Shown: one piece after another, positions 1 to 10,492 of the stretch
Layout: each line of letters begins with the position of its first letter
Numbering within the stretch: position 1 is the first letter of the stretch
From: an uncultured Flavobacteriaceae bacterium
GTDB taxonomy: Bacteria > Bacteroidota > Bacteroidia > Flavobacteriales > Flavobacteriaceae
Reading direction: 5' to 3'
DNA: 60,074 nucleotides
Assembly (NCBI GenBank): GCA_913031185.1
Contig: CAJWDI010000001.1
Span: 1-60,074 of the forward strand
Made by a program: the position numbers and the translations under genes
The notes under the pieces: model-generated
Database searches by the model: none
What the model was told of the DNA's origin: nothing
The model's input: only the letters and a program-made list of their open reading frames with translations

Positions 1-52
1 TTGAAAACTGTTGAGGGTCACACCTCCGGGGGTTCGAATCCCTCTTTCTCCG
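1..52 (+). tRNA. tRNA-Ser(TGA), 3' portion (truncated by window start)
   Basis: Anticodon loop TTGAAA, long variable arm (GAGG-GTCAC-ACCTC), T-loop GGTTCGAATCC and acceptor 3' strand TCTTTCTCCG. CCA is not encoded (followed by CAA). Confidence 0.92.
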
Positions 53-58
53 CAATAT

Positions 59-87
59 AAAACCCACATTTTTTGTGGGTTTTTTTA
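59..87 (+). terminator. Intrinsic terminator after tRNA-Ser
   Basis: AAAACCCACA-TTTTT-TGTGGGTTTT hairpin followed by a T-run. Confidence 0.85.
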
Positions 88-151
88 TTAAAAGTTGTTA
101 AAAATCATGTTAAGGCTTTTTTATTGGTTTAAGACCAAACAATTAATTCCT

Positions 152-159
152 TATTTTTG
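152..159 (+). promoter_or_regulatory. Bacteroidota sigma70 -7 box (TATTTTTG)
   Basis: Matches TAnnTTTG 14 nt before ATG 174, which argues against the GTG 159 start. Confidence 0.55.
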
Positions 160-173
160 TGAAAATATTTTTT

Positions 174-806
174 ATGAGTCTTTTAGAAGCGCTTAAGTGG
201 CGCTACGCCACCAAAAAATTTAATACTTCTAAAGTCATCCCTTCGGAAGATGTTGACAAGATTAAATCTGCATTTAATCTTACCGCGAGTTCTTACGGCT
301 TACAGCCTGTTTCTTTAATCTTAGTTTGCAACAAAACCATCCAAAGAGAATTAGTGCCTTTGTCAATGAACCAAAATCAAGTTGCACAGGCTTCACACTT
401 GGCTGTTTTTTGTGTTAAAACTACTTTGGAAGCGCCCTATGTTGTCGATTATTTTGAACGCATTAAAAGCGTTCGAAAGACTGATGATAAAATTTTAGCA
501 TCTTTTAGAACCCATATCATCGATAGTTTTAAAAAGAAATCTTCTGAGGAGATTTATCTTTGGGGTGCCAAGCAAGCCTATTTAGCAATGGGAAACCTAT
601 TGGCTGTTTGTGCAGACCTTCGTATTGATGCTTGTCCGATGGAGGGGTTTGATCCTGAGGCCTTTGACGCCTATTTTGATTTAAAATCGAAAGGCCTAAG
701 GTCAGTCCTCATTATGCCTATGGGATACAGAGCAGATGATGATATGTTTTCAGGATTGAAAAAAGTGCGTAAGCAAATCTCTGAATCAGTGATTGAAATT
801 AATTAA
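174..806 (+). CDS. NAD(P)H-dependent nitroreductase family protein (NfsB-like)
   Basis: LKWRYATKKF, L(T)ASSYGLQP, IDACPMEGFD and MGYR motifs. ATG 174 preferred. Confidence 0.9.
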   Translation: MSLLEALKWRYATKKFNTSKVIPSEDVDKIKSAFNLTASSYGLQPVSLILVCNKTIQRELVPLSMNQNQVAQASHLAVFCVKTTLEAPYVVDYFERIKSVRKTDDKILASFRTHIIDSFKKKSSEEIYLWGAKQAYLAMGNLLAVCADLRIDACPMEGFDPEAFDAYFDLKSKGLRSVLIMPMGYRADDDMFSGLKKVRKQISESVIEIN

Positions 807-808
807 TA

Positions 809-2011
809 ATGCCAGGATTTGAATTATTTGGCGATGCCGAACGCAAAGAAGTACAAGATGTTTTAAACTCTGGAGTTTTAATGCGCTATGGTTTTGATGG
901 ATTGAGACAAGGCCATTGGAAAGCCAAAGACTTGGAAACAGCCATTGAAAAACGTTTCGCGGTGCAACATGCCCAACTTTTAAGCAGTGGAACTGCTGCC
1001 GTTAGTATGGCGCTTGCGGCTTCTGGGGTAGGCGCTGGAGATGAAGTCATCATGCCCTGCTTCACCTTTGTCGCTAGTTTTGAAGCCATTTTAATGTTGG
1101 GGGCTACACCAGTAGTTGTGGATATTGATGATACTTTAACCTTAGATATTGAGGCTGTAGAATCAGCGATTACTCCCAAAACTAAGGCCATTATGCCAGT
1201 TCACATGTGTGGTAGCATGGCCAATTTACATGCTTTAAAGTCTATCTGTAATGCCCATAATTTGTTGCTTATTGAAGATGCATGTCAAGCGATAGGAGGA
1301 ACTTTCAAGGGCCAGGCACTGGGTACGATTGGAGATTTGGGCTGCTTTTCATTTGATTTTGTAAAAACAGTCACTTGTGGCGAAGGCGGTGTTGTCATTA
1401 CCAATGATCCTAAATATGCAAAACATCTTGATCATTTTAGTGACCACGGCCATGATCACATTGGGAACGATCGTGGGGCAGAGAATCATCCTTTTCTTGG
1501 TTATAATTTCAGAATTTCTGAACTAAATGCTGCTGTAGGTTTGGCACAATTTCGCCGTATTGATGAATTTTTAGCCTTACAAAAAAAACATTACAAAATA
1601 CTCAGAGGCGCCTTAGAACCTTTGGATGGGGTTACATTTAGAAGTGTTCCAGAGGGCGGGGAGGAGAGTTATGCATTTTTAAACTTTTTTCTTGAAGACT
1701 TAGAAACGGCCAGAGCCGTGAACCAGGCGTTTAAGGCTAATGGATTGGATGTGTGTTTTCATTATTATGATAATAATTGGCATTACATCCGCAAATGGGA
1801 CCACCTCAAAATGAAAAAATCTTTATACCCCTTATCGCCGGAAATCCAGTCTGGGTTGGATGCATTAAAAGAAAAAAACTTTGCGAAATCTGATCACTAT
1901 ATCGGAAGAAATCTTTCTTGTCTTGTTAAACTTTCTTGGTCAGAGGAAGAAGTTGCACACCGCGCCAAAACAATGGCCAATTGCATTCAATCGGTTTACG
2001 CTAATAGCTGA
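809..2011 (+). CDS. kdnA: DegT/DnrJ-family PLP aminotransferase, KdnA-type (8-amino-Kdo transaminase)
   Basis: MPGFELFG N-terminus, VHMCGSMA, EDACQAIGG, SFDFVKTVTCGEGG (PLP Lys), SDHGHDHIGNDRGAE, NFRISE and NNWHY. These match the Shewanella KdnA sequence as recalled. Confidence 0.85.
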   Translation: MPGFELFGDAERKEVQDVLNSGVLMRYGFDGLRQGHWKAKDLETAIEKRFAVQHAQLLSSGTAAVSMALAASGVGAGDEVIMPCFTFVASFEAILMLGATPVVVDIDDTLTLDIEAVESAITPKTKAIMPVHMCGSMANLHALKSICNAHNLLLIEDACQAIGGTFKGQALGTIGDLGCFSFDFVKTVTCGEGGVVITNDPKYAKHLDHFSDHGHDHIGNDRGAENHPFLGYNFRISELNAAVGLAQFRRIDEFLALQKKHYKILRGALEPLDGVTFRSVPEGGEESYAFLNFFLEDLETARAVNQAFKANGLDVCFHYYDNNWHYIRKWDHLKMKKSLYPLSPEIQSGLDALKEKNFAKSDHYIGRNLSCLVKLSWSEEEVAHRAKTMANCIQSVYANS

Positions 2012-3152
2012 TATAATCTACAATCTCTAATCCATAACCAATCATACCAACCCGTTTTTTTTGTTTACTGTTGGAAATCAAATTCAGTTTATGGATGCTT
2101 AAATCGTGTAAGATTTGAGCCCCGATTCCAAAATCTTTAGCATCCATTTCAATTGAGGGGGCTTTCACGACTTCCCCAGGATTTTGAATGGTTTCTAAAG
2201 TTGTTAAGCGTTTAAGTGTCTTTTCTGGACTGGTGTATTGATTTATAAAAACAACAGCGCCCTTTCCTTCACTTTCAATCAACTTAAAAATTTCATCTAA
2301 TTTTCTATCGACATTATTTGTAAGCGTACCGAGAATGTCGTTGTTCACAGAAGTTGAGTTGATTCGTATCGGTATTGTTTCCGATTCATCCCATTCCCCT
2401 TTAGTCAAGGCCATATGAATGGCATCGTTGGTGGTTTGTTGATAGGCTCTTAACCTAAAAGTACCGAAACGTGTTTCAATCTCGAAATCACTTTTTTTGG
2501 CAATCAATGAGTCGTGTTGCATACGGTAGGCCACCAAATCTTCAATAGCAATAATTTTTAAATCAAATTTATTGGCGACTTCTAACAGTTGCGGTAAGCG
2601 TGCCATGGTGCCATCTTCATTTAAAATTTCAACTAAAATACCAGCAGGTTCGAAACCTGCAAGTCTCGCGAGATCTACAGCTGCCTCTGTATGCCCCGTT
2701 CTTCTTAAAACACCACCATTTTTAGCTTTTAACGGGAAGACGTGTCCAGGGCGGCCTAAATCATGAGGTTTGGTTCCAGGATCCACGAAAGACTTAATAG
2801 TTTTCGCGCGGTCTGCGGCGGAAATGCCAGTAGTGCAATCCTGTCTTATCAAATCAACAGAAACTGTGAATTGTGTGTGGTGCAATACTGTATTGTTTTG
2901 TACCATCATGTATAAATCCAATTCGTTACATCTAGATTCTGTCAAGGGGGCGCATATGAGTCCCCGTCCATGAGTCGCCATGAAATTAATCATCTCTGGC
3001 GTAACAGCTTCAGCAGCTGCAATAAAATCGCCCTCGTTTTCTCTAGCTTCATCATCAACAACAATCACAATTTTACCCGCTTTTATGTCCGCAATTGCTT
3101 CATCAATCGTATTGAGTTTGCGAAGGGTAGAGGATGAATTTTTAGAAGCCAT
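2001..3152 (-). CDS. ribB: 3,4-dihydroxy-2-butanone-4-phosphate synthase fused to a degenerate GTP cyclohydrolase II domain (RibBX-type)
   Basis: VVDDEARENEGD, FTVSVD, TTGISAADRA, RPGHVFPL, RRTGHTEA. The C-terminal domain lacks the Zn-binding cysteines. Confidence 0.92.
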   Translation of the reverse strand: MASKNSSSTLRKLNTIDEAIADIKAGKIVIVVDDEARENEGDFIAAAEAVTPEMINFMATHGRGLICAPLTESRCNELDLYMMVQNNTVLHHTQFTVSVDLIRQDCTTGISAADRAKTIKSFVDPGTKPHDLGRPGHVFPLKAKNGGVLRRTGHTEAAVDLARLAGFEPAGILVEILNEDGTMARLPQLLEVANKFDLKIIAIEDLVAYRMQHDSLIAKKSDFEIETRFGTFRLRAYQQTTNDAIHMALTKGEWDESETIPIRINSTSVNNDILGTLTNNVDRKLDEIFKLIESEGKGAVVFINQYTSPEKTLKRLTTLETIQNPGEVVKAPSIEMDAKDFGIGAQILHDLSIHKLNLISNSKQKKRVGMIGYGLEIVDYISY

Positions 3153-3165
3153 ATTTAATTTTTTT

Positions 3166-3173
3166 CAAAGATA
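3166..3173 (-). promoter_or_regulatory. -7 box (TATCTTTG) for ribB
   Basis: TAnnTTTG on the minus strand just upstream of ATG 3152. Confidence 0.55.
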
Positions 3174-3191
3174 GTAGAACTCAATTAGAAC

Positions 3192-5174
3192 TTAAGAGAT
3201 TTTATTTAAATCTTCTTTCATTTTTTTATTGAAATAAAGTCTATAGAGGAAGAATAGGGGGAATGCTAAAATTACAAAAACCACATTATTGGTCATAAAG
3301 CGTTTTTTTAAAAGCTCATAAAACTCAGATTGGTTTTTAAAAACTTTTGGCACAACAATTAAAAATACAATGAATCCAAGTGCTGCAACTACTATAAAAA
3401 TCAAACCCATTGTGGGGAACTTATTATTATTTAGTACCAATCCAAGGATCCCAAAAATTAAAAATGTTGTGTGGGATAAGGTACCAACCGTAGCGTTCTC
3501 ATGGTAATCTTCTAAAAAGCGTATTCCCGACTCATAATCTTCATTGGTTAGGTGTCCAGAAATTTTCAATGTCATTTCATCTATTCCTCTAGCTTTTAGT
3601 TCCATAAGGGCTTTATTTTTATGTTCTGTTGATAAGCCATAATGACGGTAATTTTTGACAAGATCAATCAATTTTGAATTTTCAAAACCTGTCAAATCTT
3701 TAAAGGGGGTTGCCTTGGTTTTTATAGCCGTTTCAAATTGACTTAGCCTTGATTTTACAAGCTTCTTTTTTAGTGGAATTAAAATCGCATCTAAATCCAT
3801 AAGGGCCCTGTCTTTCGTTGCTCTACTGGTTAAATAAATACTAAAAGGCAGCATGATTATTCCCGCTAGCCAGGTTGCGACAACAGGATTTAAACTGTTG
3901 TCCTCGGAACTGTTTTTGGCAAAAATGCTTATGAAATGATAGGTTAAAAAGATTAAAATTGCAATAACCATTGGCAATCCAATTCCGCCCTTACGAATGA
4001 GCGCTCCAAGTGGTGCTCCAACAAAAAACAATACGATACACATTAGTCCTAATGCAAATTTATCATGTAATGCTATAATGTGTTTGTTGATATTTATGGT
4101 AGCCAATAACTTGGATTTCGATTTAACCTTGAAATCATTGTTGATATTTTTGACAGAGTTAAGGGCATAATCCAAAACATTCACAGACTTTTGGTCAGGC
4201 AATAATGTCAAGAGATCTTGATGTAGTGCTAGACTGTCTTGCGCAATTGGCTTTTTATTCGTGGACAGCCGGTTTTGTTTTGACTTGATCAGCATTGTTT
4301 TTGAAAATTTCGTATCAAATTTTTGCTGTAGAGTATAAAGCGAGTCAATGGTTGTATTTAATTCTATAACGTCAAGCATGTTGTAGCGCGAAGCATCATC
4401 TTTACTACTAAAGTCAATATTGTTAAACTTAGAAACATCAATATTGATCACATAGCGTTCGAATGTACTTTTGACTAGCGGTCTATTTTTGGTTCTTTTT
4501 TTGTAATTGGCCGGTTGTAATTCGTCATAATAATTGCCGTCGTATAAAATAAGTTGTAAAATATCGGAATCTTTATTACTAAAGAATTCACCAGTTTTTG
4601 ATTTTATGACAGTGAAATTTCCATAGGAATTCCCTTTTTTTTGATGTATGATGACGTCTTCAAGAAATTGACCATTGTCCCCAGATTTTTTGGCCACTTT
4701 AATGTTGATATCTTGTAACTGGTTAAATTGACCTTCTGCAATAGCCATAGCTGGTTTAACTTTAGCGATGTTACGGCGTAGGTTGAAAAAGTTAACTTCC
4801 GCTGATGGAATCACATTGTTTGCAAAGAAAAAACTGACAATTCCTAAAAAAACAATAAAAATGCTCAAGCTTTTCATGGCACGGCCCAATGAAATTCCGG
4901 TTGATTTCATGGCTGCAAATTCATAGTTTTCAGAAAAATTCCCAAAAACCATTATAGAAACCAGTAATACAGTTAGTGGCAAAACCAGAACAATGAGTCG
5001 GGGTGAAACATACAGCAAGAATTTTAATATTACATCAATTTCTAGGTCTTTTCCCGCCAATTCTGAAATATAAACCCAAACCGATTGCAGTAAAAAAATA
5101 AACATCAGTATTAGAAAAACACTAAAAAAAGATTTTAGATAGGTAAATAGTATGTAGCGATCTAATAGTTTCAA
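3192..5174 (-). CDS. LptF/LptG family LPS export permease with C-terminal extension
   Basis: MKLLDRYI start, ENYEFAAMKSTGISL and GAPLGALIRKGG motifs, multiple TM segments. Confidence 0.88.
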   Translation of the reverse strand: MKLLDRYILFTYLKSFFSVFLILMFIFLLQSVWVYISELAGKDLEIDVILKFLLYVSPRLIVLVLPLTVLLVSIMVFGNFSENYEFAAMKSTGISLGRAMKSLSIFIVFLGIVSFFFANNVIPSAEVNFFNLRRNIAKVKPAMAIAEGQFNQLQDINIKVAKKSGDNGQFLEDVIIHQKKGNSYGNFTVIKSKTGEFFSNKDSDILQLILYDGNYYDELQPANYKKRTKNRPLVKSTFERYVINIDVSKFNNIDFSSKDDASRYNMLDVIELNTTIDSLYTLQQKFDTKFSKTMLIKSKQNRLSTNKKPIAQDSLALHQDLLTLLPDQKSVNVLDYALNSVKNINNDFKVKSKSKLLATININKHIIALHDKFALGLMCIVLFFVGAPLGALIRKGGIGLPMVIAILIFLTYHFISIFAKNSSEDNSLNPVVATWLAGIIMLPFSIYLTSRATKDRALMDLDAILIPLKKKLVKSRLSQFETAIKTKATPFKDLTGFENSKLIDLVKNYRHYGLSTEHKNKALMELKARGIDEMTLKISGHLTNEDYESGIRFLEDYHENATVGTLSHTTFLIFGILGLVLNNNKFPTMGLIFIVVAALGFIVFLIVVPKVFKNQSEFYELLKKRFMTNNVVFVILAFPLFFLYRLYFNKKMKEDLNKIS

Positions 5175-5182
5175 GGCAGCGC

Positions 5183-5839
5183 TCAGTCTAAATTGTTGAT
5201 GTAATAATCATTATACTTGGAGGCATCAAATATAAAGAACGATTTGGCCAGTTGTATGTTTGTTTTAAAAGACAGAATCGTCAGTGTTGTTTTTGTATCA
5301 TTCTCTCCTATTTCTATAAGGTTATAAATGTGCTTTGTTTTGGTGTCCACTCCTAGAAGTGCATATTTTATTTCAGCTTCTGAGTCAATGGGAGTTAGTT
5401 TTATATACTGAATTTTTCTTCCAAACTTTTGCTGTGAAATGTCTAATTTATAATTATATCCGCTTTCATAAAATGTTAGAAGTGCACTTGGTGCAATGGT
5501 ATTGTTGTCATCGGAGTTGTTTTTTGAAATTGTAACCTCCTCATCATCTGAACTTATGGTATACAGGGTTTCTCCGTCATAAAGCCGTTGAATCCCCAAA
5601 ATATCTAAAGCGTATTTATCTCCTGACAAAGTGATTTTACCACGTGTTTCCTGGCGGATATTTTCAGAATCGTTTTCAAGAACATATTTGAAATCAATTT
5701 GTATGTTATTGTAGTTTTCAACTTTAGCGTTAACGGCTTCTAATAGCGCTTTGGCTTCAGGGTCCTGAGTTTGTCCTTGAAGTATTCCAAAAGCAAATAG
5801 GAGTGTTAGCGTTGATTTAATTTTATACAGGGGATTCAT
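5183..5839 (-). CDS. lolA: Outer-membrane lipoprotein carrier LolA
   Basis: Signal peptide, YDGETLYTI-like LolA fold segment, position directly downstream of ftsK. ATG 5839 preferred. Confidence 0.82.
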   Translation of the reverse strand: MNPLYKIKSTLTLLFAFGILQGQTQDPEAKALLEAVNAKVENYNNIQIDFKYVLENDSENIRQETRGKITLSGDKYALDILGIQRLYDGETLYTISSDDEEVTISKNNSDDNNTIAPSALLTFYESGYNYKLDISQQKFGRKIQYIKLTPIDSEAEIKYALLGVDTKTKHIYNLIEIGENDTKTTLTILSFKTNIQLAKSFFIFDASKYNDYYINNLD

Positions 5840-8183
5840 TGTCAAAAAATTGATTTAAAGCCGTTAGGTCCGTAATTAATACCTGCCGCGCCTTGCTGCC
5901 TTCAAAAGGCCCTACGATGCCTGCTGCTTCCAGTTGATCAATGATGCGGCCTGCTCGGTTGTATCCTAATTTCAATTTGCGCTGTAATAAGGATGCGGAA
6001 CCTTGTTGGGCTGTCACAATGACCTCTGCAGCTTCCCTAAAAAGCTTGTCGCGATCATTGATATCAATATCAAGACTTGTGCCAGACTCTTCACTGATGT
6101 ATTCTGGAAGGATATAGGCACTTGGGTAGGCTTTCTGTGCTCCTATAAACTCAGTTAGGCGCTCAATTTCAGGGGTGTCAACAAAAGCACACTGAATTCT
6201 CACCAAATCATTGCCTTGGGTGTATAGCATATCGCCACGGCCAATCAATTGATCGGCACCCGAGCTGTCCAATATTGTTCTAGAATCTATTTTTGATGTT
6301 ACCCTAAAGGCAATTCGCGCCGGGAAATTTGCCTTTATAATACCTGTGATGACATTAACGGAAGGGCGCTGGGTGGCAATAATTAAATGAATTCCAATTG
6401 CTCTTGCCAATTGCGCCAAGCGTGCAATTGGTGTTTCAACTTCTTTACCGGCCGTCATAATGAGATCGGCAAACTCATCTACAACTAAGACAATATAAGG
6501 TAAGAACTTATGCCCCTCATTGGGGTTTAATTTACGGGCTTTAAATTTTGAATTGTATTCCTTTATGTTTCTACAAAAAGCAGATTTAAGCAAATCATAG
6601 CGGTTATCCATTTCAATACAAAGTGAGTTTAAGGTGTTGATGACCTTTGTATTGTCTGTAATGATTGCATCTTCTGAGTCGGGCAGTTTTGCTAGGTAAT
6701 GCCGTTCAATTTTATTAAAAAGTGTCAGTTCTACTTTTTTTGGATCAACCAAAACAAATTTAACTTCCGCCGGATGTTTTTTATAAAGCAAAGAGGTTAA
6801 AACTGCATTTAATCCAACTGATTTTCCTTGACCTGTAGCCCCAGCCATGAGTAAATGAGGCATTCTTGAAAGATCAACAACAAAAGTTTCATTACTGATG
6901 GTTTTTCCAATTGCGACGGGCAATTCCATCTCAGTTGTTTGAAATTTTTTGGAGGCAATGACTGAATTCATTGAAACAACTGTAGCGTTTTTGTTGGGCA
7001 CTTCAATCCCTATGGTTCCGCGGCCTGGTATTGGAGCAATGATACGAATTCCGAGTGCCGAGAGTGATAGTGCAATATCGTCCTCTAAATTCTTAATTTT
7101 AGAAATACGAATTCCTGCGTCGGGTATAATTTCATAGAGTGTGACCGTGGGTCCAACCGTCGCTTTAATGCTACTGATGCCAATTTTATAATTGTTGAGC
7201 GTTTCAACAATTTTATTTTTATTGTCTTCAAGTTCTTCTTCGTCAATTGTGATGCCTTCACTGTCGTATTTTTTTAGTAATTCTAAGTGTGGGAAGACGA
7301 ATTTTGACAATTCTAAAGTGGGATCAACTTCTCCAAAATCTTCTACTAATTTTGCGGCTAGATTATCCGTTTCTGAGGCTTCTTCTTCCACAACAGTAAC
7401 TTCCATTTTGAGATCCTGAATTTCTTTATCACCATTTGGACTTTCAGTGAAAACCTCGTTTTTATTAATATTGGAATGGTTTTGTATTGTGGGTTCCAAA
7501 TTGTCTAGGGGAATCTCAAAAGTAGATGTGTTATTTACATTTTCAGAGGATGTAGATTCATCATTAATTTTAACAGTTGATTGTTCAACAGTTTTAGCAA
7601 CTTTTTTAGTTGTTTTAAATATTGATTTAAAAAGTTGACCAATTTGTTGGGGACTCACTTTGAGTCGAATCCCTAAATATGCAATCACACCCAACAACAA
7701 AAGTGCAGCAGTGCCAATTTTTCCAATATAATCCTGAAAAAATAAATTTAATTCATAACCTATAGTTCCACCCATATTTGGATAAGATTTAAAAATAAAT
7801 CCGAACCCAATTGAAAGCCATATGATGATAAAAGTACCCCATACCCAGTGGCGGTAAAGCCGTTGTTTAGGTGTATTTACTAAGATACTAAAACCAGAAA
7901 GCCCCAAAAGTCCTGAAAATAAAACAGAAGCAACTCCAAATCCTTTAAAAACAAGTAAATGGCTGAGCCAAGCCCCTAATTTACTGAGCCAATTTTTTGT
8001 TGGTACTGCTCGGTTGCCAAAATCAACAAGTGTGCTTTGGTCGCTTTCACCAGTAAAAAAATAGGATACAATCGAAAAAAATAAAATAACCCCCAATAAC
8101 ACCAAGAAGCTACCAAATACAAGCCGTTGAGAATTGTTTAGAGTCAGTTTTGCACTTTTTTTAATGCCTTTTGATTTAATCAT
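5823..8183 (-). CDS. ftsK: DNA translocase FtsK
   Basis: N-terminal TM region, PHLLMAGATGQGKS Walker A, VVDEFADL, ATQRPSV, gamma domain LQRKLKLGYNRAGR. Confidence 0.97.
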   Translation of the reverse strand: MIKSKGIKKSAKLTLNNSQRLVFGSFLVLLGVILFFSIVSYFFTGESDQSTLVDFGNRAVPTKNWLSKLGAWLSHLLVFKGFGVASVLFSGLLGLSGFSILVNTPKQRLYRHWVWGTFIIIWLSIGFGFIFKSYPNMGGTIGYELNLFFQDYIGKIGTAALLLLGVIAYLGIRLKVSPQQIGQLFKSIFKTTKKVAKTVEQSTVKINDESTSSENVNNTSTFEIPLDNLEPTIQNHSNINKNEVFTESPNGDKEIQDLKMEVTVVEEEASETDNLAAKLVEDFGEVDPTLELSKFVFPHLELLKKYDSEGITIDEEELEDNKNKIVETLNNYKIGISSIKATVGPTVTLYEIIPDAGIRISKIKNLEDDIALSLSALGIRIIAPIPGRGTIGIEVPNKNATVVSMNSVIASKKFQTTEMELPVAIGKTISNETFVVDLSRMPHLLMAGATGQGKSVGLNAVLTSLLYKKHPAEVKFVLVDPKKVELTLFNKIERHYLAKLPDSEDAIITDNTKVINTLNSLCIEMDNRYDLLKSAFCRNIKEYNSKFKARKLNPNEGHKFLPYIVLVVDEFADLIMTAGKEVETPIARLAQLARAIGIHLIIATQRPSVNVITGIIKANFPARIAFRVTSKIDSRTILDSSGADQLIGRGDMLYTQGNDLVRIQCAFVDTPEIERLTEFIGAQKAYPSAYILPEYISEESGTSLDIDINDRDKLFREAAEVIVTAQQGSASLLQRKLKLGYNRAGRIIDQLEAAGIVGPFEGSKARQVLITDLTALNQFFDNESPV

Positions 8184-8260
8184 GCACTTTTTGATGGTTT
8201 AAACAAAAATACAAATTAATAAACTTTATTGAATTCTGATTATTAAATTGTTTTAAATAT

Positions 8261-8287
8261 AAAGACCCAGTAATTAACCGGGTCTTT
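8261..8287 (-). terminator. Probable terminator hairpin downstream of katG
   Basis: AAAGACCCGG-TTAATTA-CTGGGTCTTT on the minus strand, followed by an A/T-rich tail. Confidence 0.65.
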
Positions 8288-8310
8288 AAAATAGAATGAC
8301 AAGTTTTATA

Positions 8311-10434
8311 TCACATTAGATCAAAACGGTCTGCATTGATGACTTTATTCCAGGCTGCAATAAAATCATCCACAAATTTGTCTTGGTTGTCATCACTCGC
8401 ATAGACTTCAGCTATGGCTCGCAGTTCGGAATTAGAGCCAAACACCAAATCCGTTCGTGATGCTGTACGTATTTTCGCATCGGTCAAGCGGTCTTTTGCT
8501 ACATAGCCATTGTAAGACGTTTTTTCCCATTTAACATCCATAGACAACAGGGTTTTAAACCAACTGTTATCTAGTTTGCCTTCAGTCCATATTCCTTCAC
8601 CAGAATGAGAAACTCCCATTGCGCGAAGCCCACCAACCAAAACGGTAAACTCAACAGGAGTTAATCCTAAGAGTTGTGCTTTGTCTAACATGATTTCTTC
8701 GGTTGTAACGGAGAATTCCTTTTCTGTGTAATTTCGAAACCCACATGCTTTGGGTTTTAATAAATTAAAGGAATTTATATCTGTACTTTCTTGCGTTGCA
8801 TCTCCACGTCCAGTGGTTACTTTTACTGTCACACCTGATGCCATTTCGATTCCAACGGCACCTCCAATAACAATAGTATCGGCAACACTTACTTCTAAAT
8901 CTTTCGCGATTGATTCTAAAACAGCGAGAACACTTTGCAGTTGGTTAGGTTTATTTACAGCCCAATTTATTTGGGGTTCCAAGCGAATTCTGGCACCGTT
9001 AGCACCGCCGCGGTTATCAGACTGTCTAAAGGTAGATGCTGAAGCCCAGGCCGTCTCAATGAGTGCAAGATGTGTTAAGTCGGTTTTTGCAATCGCTGCC
9101 CTAACAGCTGCTTCTTTTTCACTGGACATTTGCGGGGTAGGCACTATAGGATCTTGCCAAATATAATTCACGTCTTTATAGTCGCCAGCTATATAGTTTG
9201 ATTTGGGTCCCATGTCTCTGTGGAGCAATTTAAACCAAGCTTTTGCAAAGGCTTCACCAAAAGCATCTGGATTTTCTATGAAATATTTACAAATTTTATT
9301 GTATTCGGGGTCTACTTTCATGGACATATCCGCTGTGGTCATCATGGGCAGTACTTTTCCGTTACTCCCATCAACTTGTGGGACCATGTCTTCCTCCTCA
9401 CAATTTATGGGATGCCATTGCCAAGCACCAGCAGGACTTTTTTTACATTCCCATTCGTATTTGAATAGTAATCTTAAATAATCCATATCCCATTGGATGG
9501 GATTTGTGGTCCAAGGGCCTTCGATGCCACTTGTGATGGCATCAACGCCTTTTCCACTTTTATAGGAACTTGTCCAGCCAAAGCCCTGTTCACCAATATC
9601 AGCACCTTCGGGTTCTGTTCCTTTGTAGTCTTCACTTGAAGCACCATGTGCTTTTCCAAATGTATGACCGCCAGCCGTTAGCGCAACGGTTTCAGTATCA
9701 TTCATGGCCATGCGTTTAAAAGTTTCGCGAACGTCCTGAGCAGAGAGGGCAGGATCTGGGTTCGCATTTGGGCCTTCAGGATTCACGTAAATAAGACCCA
9801 TTTGAACGGCTGCCAATGGGTTTTCTAAGTCTTGTCTGGTGTCTCCATAACGGTTGTCACCCAACCATTCATCTTCTGCACCCCAGTAGATGTCTTTTTC
9901 GGAGTGCCATATGTCAGCTCTGCCTAGAGCAGTACCATGATTTGGGCCACCCATATCTTCAATGGCCACATTCCCAGCCAAAACCAAAAGATCAGCCCAG
10001 CTTAAAGCATTACCGTATTTTTGTTTCACTGGCCAAAGCAAGCGTCTAGCTTTATCCAAATTGCCGTTATCTGGCCATGAATTCAGGGGTGCAAAGCGTT
10101 GCGCGCCAGTGGCAGCACCTCCGCGTCCATCACCAGTTCTGTAGGTACCTGCCGCATGCCAGGTCATGCGAATGAAAAATGGACCATAATGACCATAATC
10201 CGCAGGCCACCAATCTTTGTTGTCAGTCATGACAAGTTTAAGATCTTTTATAACTGATTCAAGGTCTAAGGATTTTACACTTTTTCGATAATCAACTTCA
10301 GAAAGTGGATTGCTTTTTGTGTCATGTTGACGTAAAATATCAAGGTTTAAATGGTTGGGCCACCAATCTTTGTTTTGAGTTCCAAGGTTGGGGGTGGTAG
10401 TCGATCCGTGGAAAGGACATTTACTCTCGCTCAT
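8311..10434 (-). CDS. katG: Catalase-peroxidase KatG
   Basis: [23 protein letters not shown] (distal R/W/H), [20 protein letters not shown] (proximal H), NADRFD C-terminus. Confidence 0.97.
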   Translation of the reverse strand: MSESKCPFHGSTTTPNLGTQNKDWWPNHLNLDILRQHDTKSNPLSEVDYRKSVKSLDLESVIKDLKLVMTDNKDWWPADYGHYGPFFIRMTWHAAGTYRTGDGRGGAATGAQRFAPLNSWPDNGNLDKARRLLWPVKQKYGNALSWADLLVLAGNVAIEDMGGPNHGTALGRADIWHSEKDIYWGAEDEWLGDNRYGDTRQDLENPLAAVQMGLIYVNPEGPNANPDPALSAQDVRETFKRMAMNDTETVALTAGGHTFGKAHGASSEDYKGTEPEGADIGEQGFGWTSSYKSGKGVDAITSGIEGPWTTNPIQWDMDYLRLLFKYEWECKKSPAGAWQWHPINCEEEDMVPQVDGSNGKVLPMMTTADMSMKVDPEYNKICKYFIENPDAFGEAFAKAWFKLLHRDMGPKSNYIAGDYKDVNYIWQDPIVPTPQMSSEKEAAVRAAIAKTDLTHLALIETAWASASTFRQSDNRGGANGARIRLEPQINWAVNKPNQLQSVLAVLESIAKDLEVSVADTIVIGGAVGIEMASGVTVKVTTGRGDATQESTDINSFNLLKPKACGFRNYTEKEFSVTTEEIMLDKAQLLGLTPVEFTVLVGGLRAMGVSHSGEGIWTEGKLDNSWFKTLLSMDVKWEKTSYNGYVAKDRLTDAKIRTASRTDLVFGSNSELRAIAEVYASDDNQDKFVDDFIAAWNKVINADRFDLM

Positions 10435-10492
10435 AGTTAGTTTAGATTTAAGTATTAAATGTTAAAATTAAGTAAAAATTGATTTAGTTTTA

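Noticed and set aside
53-173. Possible island integrated at tRNA-Ser
   Set aside because: The tRNA is followed directly by its terminator and ordinary genes. No integrase or duplicated tRNA 3' end was seen in the window.
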